Part shown: in pieces, positions 8,036-16,576 of the stretch
Layout of the letters: each line of letters starts with the position of its first letter
Numbering within the stretch: position 1 is the stretch's first letter
IMG/VR virus record: IMGVR_UViG_2529292907_000023
Location: 1-23,986 of that record
DNA length: 23,986 bases
Reading direction: 5' to 3' (one strand)
Origin: a virus
Lineage: Duplodnaviria; Heunggongvirae; Uroviricota; Caudoviricetes
Notes under the pieces: generated by a model
Database searches by the model: none
The model's input: the letters and a program-made list of their open reading frames with translations, nothing else
What the model was told of the DNA's origin: nothing
Made by a program: the position numbers and the translations under genes

Positions 8036-8103
8036 AAGCTGTGTGGCGAAGTAACCACTCTTAACATACTGACATACTTTTTGCGGACCGCACTAATCAT
8101 TTT
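8036..8103 (-). promoter_or_regulatory. Presumed late promoter pR' with Q-utilisation (qut) region
   Basis: Position only: the segment between the Q stop codon and the tR'-like terminator. I could not assign convincing -35/-10 hexamers by eye. Confidence 0.4.
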
Positions 8104-8484
8104 TTACTTTTTTAGCAGCCAGTCGTCCATCTCCAGTCTTACCCCCAGCACAGACAAACATCCGTCAATAAACCCTTCGGCTATCTGCATCTCAATTCGT
8201 ATTGCTTTTTCGCTTTTCTTTCTCGTCCTGGCTATCTGTCTTTTTGATATTCGCAACAAATAATGAGCAATGAGAAGCGAATACTCCTCAGGTTTTTTCT
8301 GCTTCAGACGAGCAAGACAGTTTTCAATGATAAGTCCGTCATCATCGCAGCAGGCCGGACGTGGTTTAGTGGCAGATGGTAAAAGTCCTTTGAATCCGGC
8401 AGCGATCGGAGAATAGTCCACCCCGGTGTTACCACTTGCAGCCCATGCCCCCCAGCGTTCAAGAACCATCTGAATATCACGCAT
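8104..8484 (-). CDS. Q: Late-gene antitermination protein Q (phage 21/82-type)
   Basis: ATG at 8484 with GGAGA RBS; N-terminus MRDIQMVLERWGAWAA and a CCDDD motif match my recollection of phage 82/21-type Q proteins; followed by a pR'/tR'-like region. The track ORF begins at a TTG at 8499. Confidence 0.8.
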   Translation of the reverse strand: MRDIQMVLERWGAWAASGNTGVDYSPIAAGFKGLLPSATKPRPACCDDDGLIIENCLARLKQKKPEEYSLLIAHYLLRISKRQIARTRKKSEKAIRIEMQIAEGFIDGCLSVLGVRLEMDDWLLKK

Positions 8485-8501
8485 CAACTTTCTCCACAAA
8501 A

Positions 8502-9521
8502 TCAGGACAGCACACCAATCGCCAGCGCGCGATCGATAAAACGAAATATCAGCTCCAGTTGGGAACCATACTTCTCTTCAAATGCCACGGTATCCGCATG
8601 CAGTTCGTCATGGTGTTTTCTGCACAAAGGCAACACAAAAAGGTCATGCGCTTTTGTACCCATTCCACCCTGACCATGACCAATCAGGTGATGAGGATCG
8701 TCGGCTGGCTTACCACAACATGCACACGGCTGCGTCTTAACCCAGCGCGTGTACTTTTCATTAACCCAGCGACGACGTTTTGGGCGTAACATAAAAGACT
8801 CCGGCGACTCCGGATCCACTTTCAGCGCCAGCACCTTTTTCGCCTTATCCTGGATGATGCTGGTGGCAGTAACCGAAGGCACAAGGTCACTTTCCCGGGT
8901 GACAGACGGCACAACAGGCTTCGGTAATCTCAGTGCCTTACGGGCTGCACTTTCCGGTAAGGCATCCGCCAGGTCATTACGAATCAGCCACCAGCACAGT
9001 TCCGGCATTGTCACAACGTGACTGTCATCAAAACCAAGATCACGGCGCACAACAGATAACACCCAGCGGGCACAGTTATCCGTTGCCATTGCTTCCAGCC
9101 GTTCCGTGAACTGGTCACGGAGAAGATTGTCACAGTGCCAGCACAGACGGATTGCACCCGGCGCGTGCCGCATTGTGGTCATGTTCTCGCTGTGCCATCC
9201 GGAATGAGGCCACTGACAGCCCTTTTCACGAAGTAACCAGCTTTCAAGACATTCCACCCCACCAGTACAACGAATAACTGCCTCATTGCGGAACACGGCC
9301 CGAACGGCAGGATCATCCGCCAGCGGTTGTGATGCTGCCGGAACGGCACCGCTGGCGAAAGATGAATAACGTTCCGGCTCAGGCTCCAGCAGGACACGCC
9401 CCTGCATAAACAGGGGCATCAGCTCTGAACCGGGCCTGAACAATACAATCCCCATACGCGGGGCAATTTCAGGGGTCAGCAGTGCTCTCACGGTCACCTC
9501 AGCAAACGATATTGAATGCAT
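8502..9521 (-). CDS. DUF968-family prophage protein (YdfU-like) with a Cys/His-rich HNH-like C-terminal region
   Basis: 339-aa ORF; C-terminal CACCGKPADDPHHLIGHGQGGMGTKAHDLFVLPLCRKHHDELH; located immediately upstream of Q, as ydfU is relative to quuQ in the Qin prophage (from memory). Start codon uncertain (no clear SD at 9521). Confidence 0.55.
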   Translation of the reverse strand: MHSISFAEVTVRALLTPEIAPRMGIVLFRPGSELMPLFMQGRVLLEPEPERYSSFASGAVPAASQPLADDPAVRAVFRNEAVIRCTGGVECLESWLLREKGCQWPHSGWHSENMTTMRHAPGAIRLCWHCDNLLRDQFTERLEAMATDNCARWVLSVVRRDLGFDDSHVVTMPELCWWLIRNDLADALPESAARKALRLPKPVVPSVTRESDLVPSVTATSIIQDKAKKVLALKVDPESPESFMLRPKRRRWVNEKYTRWVKTQPCACCGKPADDPHHLIGHGQGGMGTKAHDLFVLPLCRKHHDELHADTVAFEEKYGSQLELIFRFIDRALAIGVLS

Positions 9522-9542
9522 ACAGAGAAAAAAACTCAGTCA

Positions 9543-9800
9543 TCACGCAGTAAACTCCTTCACCAGTATTTCAAACTGGCTTACCTGTCCTTCCAGTTCC
9601 GCCACGCAATCCACCAGCTCATCCACCGCCTTTTGTGTGCGGTGTTTTGCCTGCAGCAGATCACGAAGCGCCGGAGTAAGCTGCTTGCGGAGCGTATCTT
9701 TTTTCACGCTCGTTTTTTCCATCTGTTCAGCACAACGAAGCATCTCCTGCGCCTGCCGACGAAGTTGTTCCGGTGAAACAGTGATTGTTCTGTTGTTCAA
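9543..9800 (-). CDS. Hypothetical protein (85 aa), predicted coiled-coil
   Basis: ATGA start/stop overlap with the upstream helicase gene (9797-9800) indicates translational coupling. Confidence 0.55.
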   Translation of the reverse strand: MNNRTITVSPEQLRRQAQEMLRCAEQMEKTSVKKDTLRKQLTPALRDLLQAKHRTQKAVDELVDCVAELEGQVSQFEILVKEFTA

Positions 9801-11197
9801 AATAAACGCTCCGTTTTACTGCCCGACATGCGGTTATTGCTGTATCTGCGCGGATTGCCCGGCGTCATGGGTGTGGAAAGAACCCGGGCACTCTCCTGGT
9901 CCACAGGCAGAAAATGTCCGTTATGAAAACGCCGGTAAATGGTCCCGAGCGTGCCATTACGCTGTTTCGTGATGTTGATTTCTGCTATGCCTCTGGCCTG
10001 AGTTTCCGGGTTGTATACCTCATCCCTGTAAAGCATCAGAATGATGTCGGCATCCGCCTCGATTTCCCCGGAGTTTTTCAGGTCCGAGTTCATTGGGCGT
10101 TTATTGGGTCTGGATTCCACGCCGCGGGAGAGCTGGCTCAGAGCAATCAGCGGAAAACCGCCGGATTTTGCCAGGCTTTTAAGTCCCTTTGAGATTTCCC
10201 CCACCGCAAGGTCGTGACGCCCCGTGCTGCGGGTTTTAATCAGGCCGAGGTAATCGACCACCACCAGCGCCGTTTCCGGGTGTTTCATCCGGTGGTGCTT
10301 CGTGGTTGCACATATCTCATCAATGGTCAGGTTTGCCTGGTCCACCATCCAGATATTACGCCCCGTCATTCGTCCCACGCCCTGCGAGAAACGCGCCCAG
10401 TCTTCATCTTCAAAACGGGCAACAGACTTAAGACGGGATACCGGCATTCCACCGGCAGCAGACACCATACGTTCACCAATCTGGATGTTCGCCATCTCCA
10501 TGGTGAACAGAAGCACGCCATGCCCCTGCTCAGTCACCTTGTCGATGATGTCCAGCGCAAGTTCGGTTTTCCCCATCGAAGGACGGGCGGCAATGAATAC
10601 CAGGTCTCCGGGCTCCATACCGCCCGTTTTTGCGTCCAGTTCATCAATACCGGTCATCAGCGCCCTAGATTTCTCCAGTCCCTGATTGCGGCATTCAACA
10701 CGGTCGACCACTTCCGGAAGGACATCATCAATGTGAACCGGCTGAATGACGCCCTTTCCGGTCGACAGTGAGGCCATCATGTTCTGCGCATCCTTCAGGG
10801 CATCCTCGGCTGCTTCACAGGTATACGCATCACGTAAATTCTGTAATGCTTCAGTCAGTGTTTTTTCTGCATCACGCAGTGCGGCATTGCGCCGCAACGC
10901 TGCGACATAGTGCTCCAGTGAAGACTTCACCCAGGTTTTGCGTCCGGTGTCGGTAATCTCCGGGGCAAGTTCCGGCATCTCATTGCACAGCAGTACGGGG
11001 TCAATGACGCCGGATATGCGAGCCTGTCTGCAAATCCCCGCGTAAATATCCCGGTACTGACGCACAAAAAATACATCCGCCGGAAGTGTGGCCAGAATAT
11101 CCATCACTTCCGGATCGGCCCCACGCAGAAAAAACGCACCGATGACAGCGCCTTCCAGGTCATCGTTACGCCATGCCGGGGTGTTCTGGCTGGTCAT
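9797..11197 (-). CDS. Replicative DNA helicase, DnaB family
   Basis: 466 aa; Walker A (ARPSMGKTELALDI) and Walker B (LLFTMEM) motifs and a DnaB-like N-terminal domain; ATGA overlap with the upstream loader gene. Confidence 0.9.
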   Translation of the reverse strand: MTSQNTPAWRNDDLEGAVIGAFFLRGADPEVMDILATLPADVFFVRQYRDIYAGICRQARISGVIDPVLLCNEMPELAPEITDTGRKTWVKSSLEHYVAALRRNAALRDAEKTLTEALQNLRDAYTCEAAEDALKDAQNMMASLSTGKGVIQPVHIDDVLPEVVDRVECRNQGLEKSRALMTGIDELDAKTGGMEPGDLVFIAARPSMGKTELALDIIDKVTEQGHGVLLFTMEMANIQIGERMVSAAGGMPVSRLKSVARFEDEDWARFSQGVGRMTGRNIWMVDQANLTIDEICATTKHHRMKHPETALVVVDYLGLIKTRSTGRHDLAVGEISKGLKSLAKSGGFPLIALSQLSRGVESRPNKRPMNSDLKNSGEIEADADIILMLYRDEVYNPETQARGIAEINITKQRNGTLGTIYRRFHNGHFLPVDQESARVLSTPMTPGNPRRYSNNRMSGSKTERLF

Positions 11198-12093
11198 GCG
11201 GCAACACCTCCGATACGAGAACGGTAGCTGGGCCAGTTAAACGACAACCAGTTGCGCCCGCCATCGGTGATCCTGTCGGCAATCCGGGGACTGATGAACG
11301 CCCACAATTCTTCCGGTGAAAGGTTGCTGATCAGGATAGTTGGCAAAATACCCTCATACCGGGCATTGATAATTTCCTGCAAAATGGCCATTTCAGCCGC
11401 ACTGCCAAACTGAACGCCGACTTCGTCGACAATCAGCAAATCCAGTGACGCATAATGCTCAATGACGTCATCCGCTGTTTTTTCACTGTCATTCCGCCAG
11501 CAGTTTTTCACAGCCCGGGTAAGGCGCATCACGTCGGTGATCTCCACACTGGCCAGATAGTTACGGATGATGTGTTTTGCCATTGATACCGCCAGATGAT
11601 TTTTCCCGGTACCGCAACTGCCGGTCATAACAAGACTGGTACCGTTCTCCAGCATATCTGGCCAGTTCTCCGCATAGCGGCGACAGGCCGCAAGATTTCT
11701 GGCTGCGTCAGGATTAACCTCCAGATAATTATCAAACTCGCAGTCCCGAAAACGCAGAGCAATTCCGGCGTTATCAGTCAGTTCTTCCGCCTTGAGGGAC
11801 GACAGTTCCATGGTCAAATCACTGGCCTCAGCGATCAAGCAGTCAGGGCAGCATGAAATTTTTTCTCTGTCCTCGCCATTACGATCGATCCACACCAGTA
11901 TATGCGTACGATATTTACCGTGTTTTTCGCAATATCCGCGACCTTCACGCATCAGGCAGGAACGATAAGGCCATGGCTTTTCGCCCTTCTGAGCAAATGC
12001 AATCTCTGCCCGTAACTCATCCATTTCTGCCCGTAACTCATCCATTCGCGCCTGTAGTCTTGTTTGTTTCTCACGTTGGTCAATCGTCATCAT
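11194..12093 (-). CDS. DnaC-like helicase loader (AAA+ ATPase)
   Basis: Walker A MTGSCGTGKNHLAVS and Walker B LLIVDEVG; ATG at 12093 preceded by GAGGTG RBS (the track ORF extends to a GTG at 12102); N-terminus contains a tandem MDELRAE duplication. Confidence 0.85.
   Translation of the reverse strand: MMTIDQREKQTRLQARMDELRAEMDELRAEIAFAQKGEKPWPYRSCLMREGRGYCEKHGKYRTHILVWIDRNGEDREKISCCPDCLIAEASDLTMELSSLKAEELTDNAGIALRFRDCEFDNYLEVNPDAARNLAACRRYAENWPDMLENGTSLVMTGSCGTGKNHLAVSMAKHIIRNYLASVEITDVMRLTRAVKNCWRNDSEKTADDVIEHYASLDLLIVDEVGVQFGSAAEMAILQEIINARYEGILPTILISNLSPEELWAFISPRIADRITDGGRNWLSFNWPSYRSRIGGVAA
12005..12046. repeat. Perfect 21-bp tandem duplication (2 copies) inside the 5' end of the DnaC-like gene
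   Basis: TCTGCCCGTAACTCATCCATT occurs twice back to back (12005-12025 and 12026-12046), encoding MDELRAE-MDELRAE in frame. Confidence 0.9.
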
Positions 12094-12103
12094 CGCTGTC
12101 ACC

Positions 12104-13096
12104 TCAGAATGTCAATTTGTTACTGGATTTACCGAATTTGTCAGACATGGCTCCCAGGCCAGCCAGGACATCGACCTGTCGCTGTCGCCCACCTCCGTGA
12201 GCGGCTGGCTGTTGCCAGTAATCTTCGAAGTGACGATCGGGTCCAAAGAACGTCGCAGCCTGCTTCACGAACTGTGTGCCGGTATTTCCTGTAGCACGTA
12301 CCCAGGCGGCATACCGCTTCACGCCATCAAGCATGGTCTCCGGTTTTATTCCCTCCCTGATACGGGCTTTCCAGGCTTTGAAGGCTGCTGACTTGGAATT
12401 GCCACCAGCACGTTTGGGATATTCCTGCCAGGCCTGTTCAAATTCCGGTGAATATTCCTGTCGGGCAGAACGCGCTGGCGCAGACGCGTCAGCGGATGCA
12501 TCAATAGTGTTTTTAGTCTCCGTTGTAATCTCTGTAGTAATCTCTGTATTTGTATCAACATTCGGCGTATCCCCTGTTCCGTTATGACGTCGGGGGGTGT
12601 TCCGTTTTAACGTAATAGCTGTATCGCTGATTGCATTATTGCTGTTACTTTCTGGCGAAACAGAAGAAGGTGTGGTGATGGCCGCAATTGCCTGTGGGTT
12701 GATCCCGACAAACAAAATATTGCTGCATTTCACCCCATCGAGCATTTCCACCGTGCGTAAATCCAGAGTAATAAACCCTGCATCGCGCAGACGCTTCAGC
12801 GCATCTGCGGTTTCCCTTTTCCCGAAACCAAACTGCTCAGCAAACGCCTGGTAGCTTCTTTGCAGTTTGTCGCCCTGAAAACGCTTGCGATATCCCAACA
12901 ACGCTCCGGTGTGCTCATCCCTGACCTCTGTCGGGCGGTACCAGTAAACGATCTCTGAAAGCAGAGCGATAGCCGTCGCATCCGGACGCCCACTGGGTAG
13001 TCGAATATATTTCCACCAGTTCGCAGGTGTAACATTGCCGGAAATATTAATTTGACCAATAGCCATAACTTCCGGTGTGGGGGCATAACGGCTCAT
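12104..13096 (-). CDS. Replication initiation protein (lambda O-like / replisome organiser) with internal low-complexity linker
   Basis: 330 aa; strong RBS AAGGAGG; position directly upstream of the DnaC/DnaB pair; N-terminal DNA-binding-like region, central TEITTEITTE/DASADASA linker encoded by tandem DNA repeats. Confidence 0.6.
   Translation of the reverse strand: MSRYAPTPEVMAIGQINISGNVTPANWWKYIRLPSGRPDATAIALLSEIVYWYRPTEVRDEHTGALLGYRKRFQGDKLQRSYQAFAEQFGFGKRETADALKRLRDAGFITLDLRTVEMLDGVKCSNILFVGINPQAIAAITTPSSVSPESNSNNAISDTAITLKRNTPRRHNGTGDTPNVDTNTEITTEITTETKNTIDASADASAPARSARQEYSPEFEQAWQEYPKRAGGNSKSAAFKAWKARIREGIKPETMLDGVKRYAAWVRATGNTGTQFVKQAATFFGPDRHFEDYWQQPAAHGGGRQRQVDVLAGLGAMSDKFGKSSNKLTF
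12505..12610. repeat. Candidate replication origin: tandem iteron-like repeats inside the O-like gene
   Basis: GTAATCTCTGTA x2 in tandem (12524-12547) with a partial third copy, followed by an AT-rich stretch and two copies of TGTTCCGTT (about 12576 and 12598). Confidence 0.4.
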
Positions 13097-13392
13097 ACAA
13101 CCTCCTTCCGCGGCATGAGAATTGTGTAGCCACGCGCAGGTTGTAGTCTGGCTTTTGCATCAATAGTAAGCGTTGCAATTTTTCGGATATGAAGATAACC
13201 AGCTCTTTCCAGTGCCAGGGTTTCCCTGAATATCGCTTGCTTAGAACAACAGCAGAAATCAGCAAGCACCTGATGATCAATAACTCTCTCGCCTTCACCG
13301 TCTGAAGAACCCGACATCAAAACACGCAACATAATTAGGCGCTGAATCGGGTTATCGAAAGCACATCCGCACACAAACTGAAAACAGTTCAC
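13093..13392 (-). CDS. Hypothetical protein (99 aa)
   Basis: ATGA overlap with the O-like gene start (13093-13096); part of a run of overlapping small ORFs. Confidence 0.5.
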   Translation of the reverse strand: MNCFQFVCGCAFDNPIQRLIMLRVLMSGSSDGEGERVIDHQVLADFCCCSKQAIFRETLALERAGYLHIRKIATLTIDAKARLQPARGYTILMPRKEVV

Positions 13393-13613
13393 GCCACACC
13401 TCCCAGACGCTTAAACATTTTTCCAGACAGAAATACCGCCAGAGGGTAACTGATGGTGTAGCTACGCCCCTGTAGTTCGCACACGACTTTCTGGCTTTCA
13501 GCGTTGACTAGGCAAACCCGCAGAACGTGACCGTTGCTGGTGGCGAACCACTGCCCCACACGGGGGCAACGGTTGTATCGGTGATACAGGGAATTAACGA
13601 TGTGGCGGATCAT
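13389..13613 (-). CDS. Hypothetical protein (74 aa)
   Basis: 4-nt overlaps with both neighbouring ORFs suggest a coupled operon. Confidence 0.5.
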   Translation of the reverse strand: MIRHIVNSLYHRYNRCPRVGQWFATSNGHVLRVCLVNAESQKVVCELQGRSYTISYPLAVFLSGKMFKRLGGVA

Positions 13614-13804
13614 GGACGCACCTCCGCCGTAGTTACGTATTTAACCGGGCTACCTTTCATTGAGATGGTTTCACACATCTCTGCCGCTTTCAGTTCCGCT
13701 GTTTTTCTGGATTTATAGCGACGGTGCCAGACAGATACATCCGTGCGAACTGATACATCGTTTCTGTATTCCGTAGTGGAGATGATGATTTCGTAACTAA
13801 TCAT
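13610..13804 (-). CDS. Hypothetical protein (64 aa)
   Basis: 4-nt overlaps with neighbouring ORFs. Confidence 0.45.
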   Translation of the reverse strand: MISYEIIISTTEYRNDVSVRTDVSVWHRRYKSRKTAELKAAEMCETISMKGSPVKYVTTAEVRP

Positions 13805-14364
13805 GGGCGAACCTCCTTGTCAGAACCATTCAGCCTGGAATCAACAAGTGCAGCGCCAAAAACAGCATCACCAACACGGTCGTACAGTTTGCTAGCCAGC
13901 GGAGATTCAACGGCCTTAAGCATTGGATAAAGCTGGCTTGTCCAGATTTGATGGATTTCACGCAAATGCAGGTATACGCCTCTGGCGTTTCGTGCGACAG
14001 CTGACATATCAGACGCATCGGCACCTGATAAACTCTTCTCCATCAGGTTAAAGGCGTTGATGTATGCCTCTTTGAACCGGGCAGCACGTTTACCAGTGAA
14101 GCCCATGGCAAGAAACGCAAAACCGTCGCGGGTGATTTGGTAACAAGGGAGCTTGCGTGTACCACCGTTCGGTTGATTTACCGAAATCGATGTCTCCGCA
14201 AAATTGCGGGCACAAAACTCAGGGGAACAATCCAGAGTGCGGATCTTTTTCAGCACATCGTCATGACGCTTGGAGAAGAAGTTGGCAACAGCCAAAGAAG
14301 TGGTAACGGCCTGGCCGTTGTCAATGGTGATTTCAGGTTGAGTGAGGGCTGGGATCGTAGCCAT
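13801..14364 (-). CDS. Rha-family phage regulatory protein (Phage_pRha-like domain)
   Basis: From ATG 14364 with GGAGG RBS: QAVTTSLAVANFFSKRHDDVLKKIRTL … YQITRDGFAFLAMGFTGKRAARFKEAYINAF resembles the Rha domain consensus as I recall it. The ORF stays open in frame to 14664 (Gly/Ala-rich, no RBS), so the N-terminus is uncertain. Confidence 0.55.
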   Translation of the reverse strand: MATIPALTQPEITIDNGQAVTTSLAVANFFSKRHDDVLKKIRTLDCSPEFCARNFAETSISVNQPNGGTRKLPCYQITRDGFAFLAMGFTGKRAARFKEAYINAFNLMEKSLSGADASDMSAVARNARGVYLHLREIHQIWTSQLYPMLKAVESPLASKLYDRVGDAVFGAALVDSRLNGSDKEVRP

Positions 14365-14748
14365 GATGGCAGCCTCCGTTGACAGTGAAAAACTTCCACC
14401 ACCGGAAACGCCAATTTCACTGGTGGTGAACTGGACGGGGTTGGCGTAACCGGCGTCAACGGAGACCGGCGCACCTTTCGGTGCCCCCGCCCAGCCCACC
14501 ATAATCTGGATGTGAGCAAATGCGGACGATAAAAAAGACGCTGACGCGTCATACATCGCCGTTGACAATTTCAGGACGCCAATCCCGGCACCCGCTTTAT
14601 AAGGTGCAGAGACAGTGTAACGTCCCGAAATTGCAGAATCAATATTTGGTCTTGAAATGATCATATAGCTGCTGATATCTTTAGAACTGTTCTTGGATGT
14701 TTCAGAGCCGTTTTATGCGAAACAGCTCCCCGTTATTGATGTTGAGTG

Positions 14749-14774
14749 AGCCGGGTTACTCCCGGCTTTTTTTT
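14749..14774 (+). terminator. Plus-strand intrinsic terminator antisense to the early-right operon (oop-like RNA terminator)
   Basis: GCCGGG-ttact-CCCGGC followed by TTTTTTTT on the plus strand, abutting the stop codon of the minus-strand gene 14774-15481. Confidence 0.7.
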
Positions 14775-15481
14775 CACCGCTGCCAACCAATAACCTGAAA
14801 TAACCCCATTTTCGGGTGATACCAGCGAGTCCCTCGCGGTTCTGCTTCCTCCATAACCCGATAAAAAGCAGCCATAAACGGTTCCACAGCAACAATTGCG
14901 CGACGTGACAACAATCCGTCCGGCGTCATGAACTCATGGGTGTCTGTAGGAATCTGATAGGCGTTCACCAGATTGCGGCATTTATCATCTGACAAACCGG
15001 TTTTTGCTTTCAGTTGGCGATATCCGGCATAGCCCTCACGAATAGTGCCCTTTTTAATTTGCTCGACTGTTTCAGCAACGTGGCTGACTTTTTCTTCCAC
15101 CTGAGTGATACGTTTCTGTTGGCGAACGGCTTCAAGAGCCATCGCGGCAACCATTTCGATTTCGCTCATTGGCTTACGGATCTGTTCTTCCAGTTCGCGC
15201 CAGCGATCTACCAGGCGAGCTGTGAATTCAGGACAGAGCTGTGCGACGACAATGATGCTGTCGCGCTTACCTCGTTCACCTTCGAATACATACGCGCTAG
15301 AAAATCGGCGAGGCCCAAGTGATTGTTTATTCTCAATTTCCACAGTCTGTGGAAATTGGATGATTCCCTTTTTAGCCAGTGTTTCAATAGTTCTCTTAAC
15401 ACTATCTGGTCGGCTTCCCACCAGCTCTGCGATCTCAACGCTGGTCATGGATGCTTTGCCGTTAAAAATTGCGGTGTTCAT
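14774..15481 (-). CDS. Phage regulatory protein, probable Rha/antirepressor-like N-terminal DNA-binding domain
   Basis: 235 aa; AGGAGA RBS; N-terminal MTSVEIAELVGSRPDSVKRTIETLAKKGII and later DSIIVVAQLCPEFTARLVDRW resemble the Rha/ORF6N-type motif; second gene of the rightward early operon. Confidence 0.45.
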   Translation of the reverse strand: MNTAIFNGKASMTSVEIAELVGSRPDSVKRTIETLAKKGIIQFPQTVEIENKQSLGPRRFSSAYVFEGERGKRDSIIVVAQLCPEFTARLVDRWRELEEQIRKPMSEIEMVAAMALEAVRQQKRITQVEEKVSHVAETVEQIKKGTIREGYAGYRQLKAKTGLSDDKCRNLVNAYQIPTDTHEFMTPDGLLSRRAIVAVEPFMAAFYRVMEEAEPRGTRWYHPKMGLFQVIGWQR

Positions 15482-15705
15482 TGTTGGTCTCCTGTGGGCT
15501 TGTCATCTTCTGTATTCGCTAGACTTGGGTGTGTATATGGAATGCTCGGATCCAGATGACAAAGAATGGCAACATCCTCCGGAACACCTCGCGTTTTCCA
15601 CTTTCCAACACCTTGACTGCCACGAGGCCTTCCTTTCTTTGGGAACCTGCGACCAATAGCGGCATTGGTTTTAAATTGAATTTTTAATATTTCATAAAGG
15701 GTCAT
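15478..15705 (-). CDS. Hypothetical protein (75 aa) in the cro position (first ORF of the early-right operon)
   Basis: Divergent from cI across a 110-bp operator region; basic region GRRFPKKGRPRGSQG; weak RBS; no HTH I can recognise, so a Cro identity is not supported by sequence. Confidence 0.4.
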   Translation of the reverse strand: MTLYEILKIQFKTNAAIGRRFPKKGRPRGSQGVGKWKTRGVPEDVAILCHLDPSIPYTHPSLANTEDDKPTGDQQ

Positions 15706-15816
15706 TCTTTAGTCTCACACCAGATACTTTGTTATCCAACGATGTTAACCACAGGAACCCAAAGTATCAAGAAATTCTGTTACTTTAGTATCAACAGCCA
15801 TGAGAGGAGAAGAAAA
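15706..15816. promoter_or_regulatory. oR-like divergent promoter/operator region between cI and the early-right operon
   Basis: Three copies of a GTATCA-core motif: GATACTTTG (15723-15731, inverted), CAAAGTATCAAG (15760-15771), TTAGTATCAAC (15784-15795); the first two form an inverted repeat 28 bp apart. Confidence 0.55.
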
Positions 15817-16473
15817 ATGAAGTCTTTAGGTGAACGTCTCATCAACGCACGGCAAAAAGCTGGGTTAACACAAGATGCGTTGGCTAAAAAAGCTGGGGTC
15901 ACCAGAGTTGCAATCAGTAAAGCCGAGCAAGGCCTTACAAAAAGTTTCAACGGTGACACCCTTTTTAAAGTTGCAGCTGCACTGCGGTGTTCACCGCAGT
16001 GGCTTCAGAACGGAGATGAAAAAGATAAGCATTGGGAAAATAATGTTAAGAGCTGCCCACAGAGAGACACAGCACACTCTTACCCTGTAATTAACTGGGT
16101 TCAGGCAGGATTATTCGCAACTTCTGGTGATGACTACAACATGTATGATCAGGATAATTGGAGGCATTCTGTAAAATACGCTGGTGAGAGGGGGTTCTGG
16201 CTGGAAGTGCACGGAGACTCAATGACTTCGCCCGTAGGAATAACATTTCCTGAAGGAATGTCGATCCTTGTCAACCCAGATAAAGAAGTTTTTTCAGGGT
16301 GTTACGTCATCGCCAGAAAAAAATCTACCAATGAAGCAACATTCAAAAAATATATTTCTGACATGGGAAAGGCGTTTCTAAAGCCCCTTAATCCACAATA
16401 TCCAATCATAGAAATGGACAATGATTGCGAAATAGTAGGTGTTGTGGTTGATGCCAGGTGGGATATTTTCTGA
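15817..16473 (+). CDS. cI: CI-type prophage repressor (XRE HTH N-terminus, LexA-like S24 autopeptidase C-terminus)
   Basis: ATG 15817 with GAGAGGAGAAG RBS; HTH (LTQDALAKKAGVTRVAISKAEQG); Ala-Gly cleavage-site candidate (VQAGLF); catalytic Ser in GDSM and downstream Lys (IARKK). Confidence 0.85.
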   Translation: MKSLGERLINARQKAGLTQDALAKKAGVTRVAISKAEQGLTKSFNGDTLFKVAAALRCSPQWLQNGDEKDKHWENNVKSCPQRDTAHSYPVINWVQAGLFATSGDDYNMYDQDNWRHSVKYAGERGFWLEVHGDSMTSPVGITFPEGMSILVNPDKEVFSGCYVIARKKSTNEATFKKYISDMGKAFLKPLNPQYPIIEMDNDCEIVGVVVDARWDIF

Positions 16474-16576
16474 CCAGACACAAAACACAAAAAGAAACCA
16501 AAGTATCAAAAATCACTTGCCACACCTTGATACCTTAGTTACCATAAAACAAAGTTCGTAACTGAGGTATCATCTC
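16474..16576. promoter_or_regulatory. oL-like operator cluster downstream of cI
   Basis: Three more GTATCA-core sites (CAAAGTATCAAA about 16498-16509, TTGATACC about 16527-16534 inverted, GGTATCA about 16565-16571); the first repeats the oR site nearly exactly. Confidence 0.45.

Noticed and set aside
12505-12560. CRISPR array
   Set aside because: Only two or three short (12-bp) contiguous tandem copies with no spacers, inside a coding region; no cas genes in the window. Interpreted as origin iterons / coding repeats.
13801-14664. Using the full 287-aa track ORF as the Rha-like gene
   Set aside because: The start at 14664 lacks an SD and the first 100 residues are Gly/Ala-rich low complexity, whereas the internal ATG at 14364 has a GGAGG RBS and begins right at the Rha-like domain. 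The shorter model is preferred, with uncertainty.
15014-15659. Plus-strand ORFs (15014-15322, 15105-15659, 15323-15559) overlapping the Rha-like gene and cro-position ORF
   Set aside because: Antisense to better-supported minus-strand genes of the early-right operon; no start signals.
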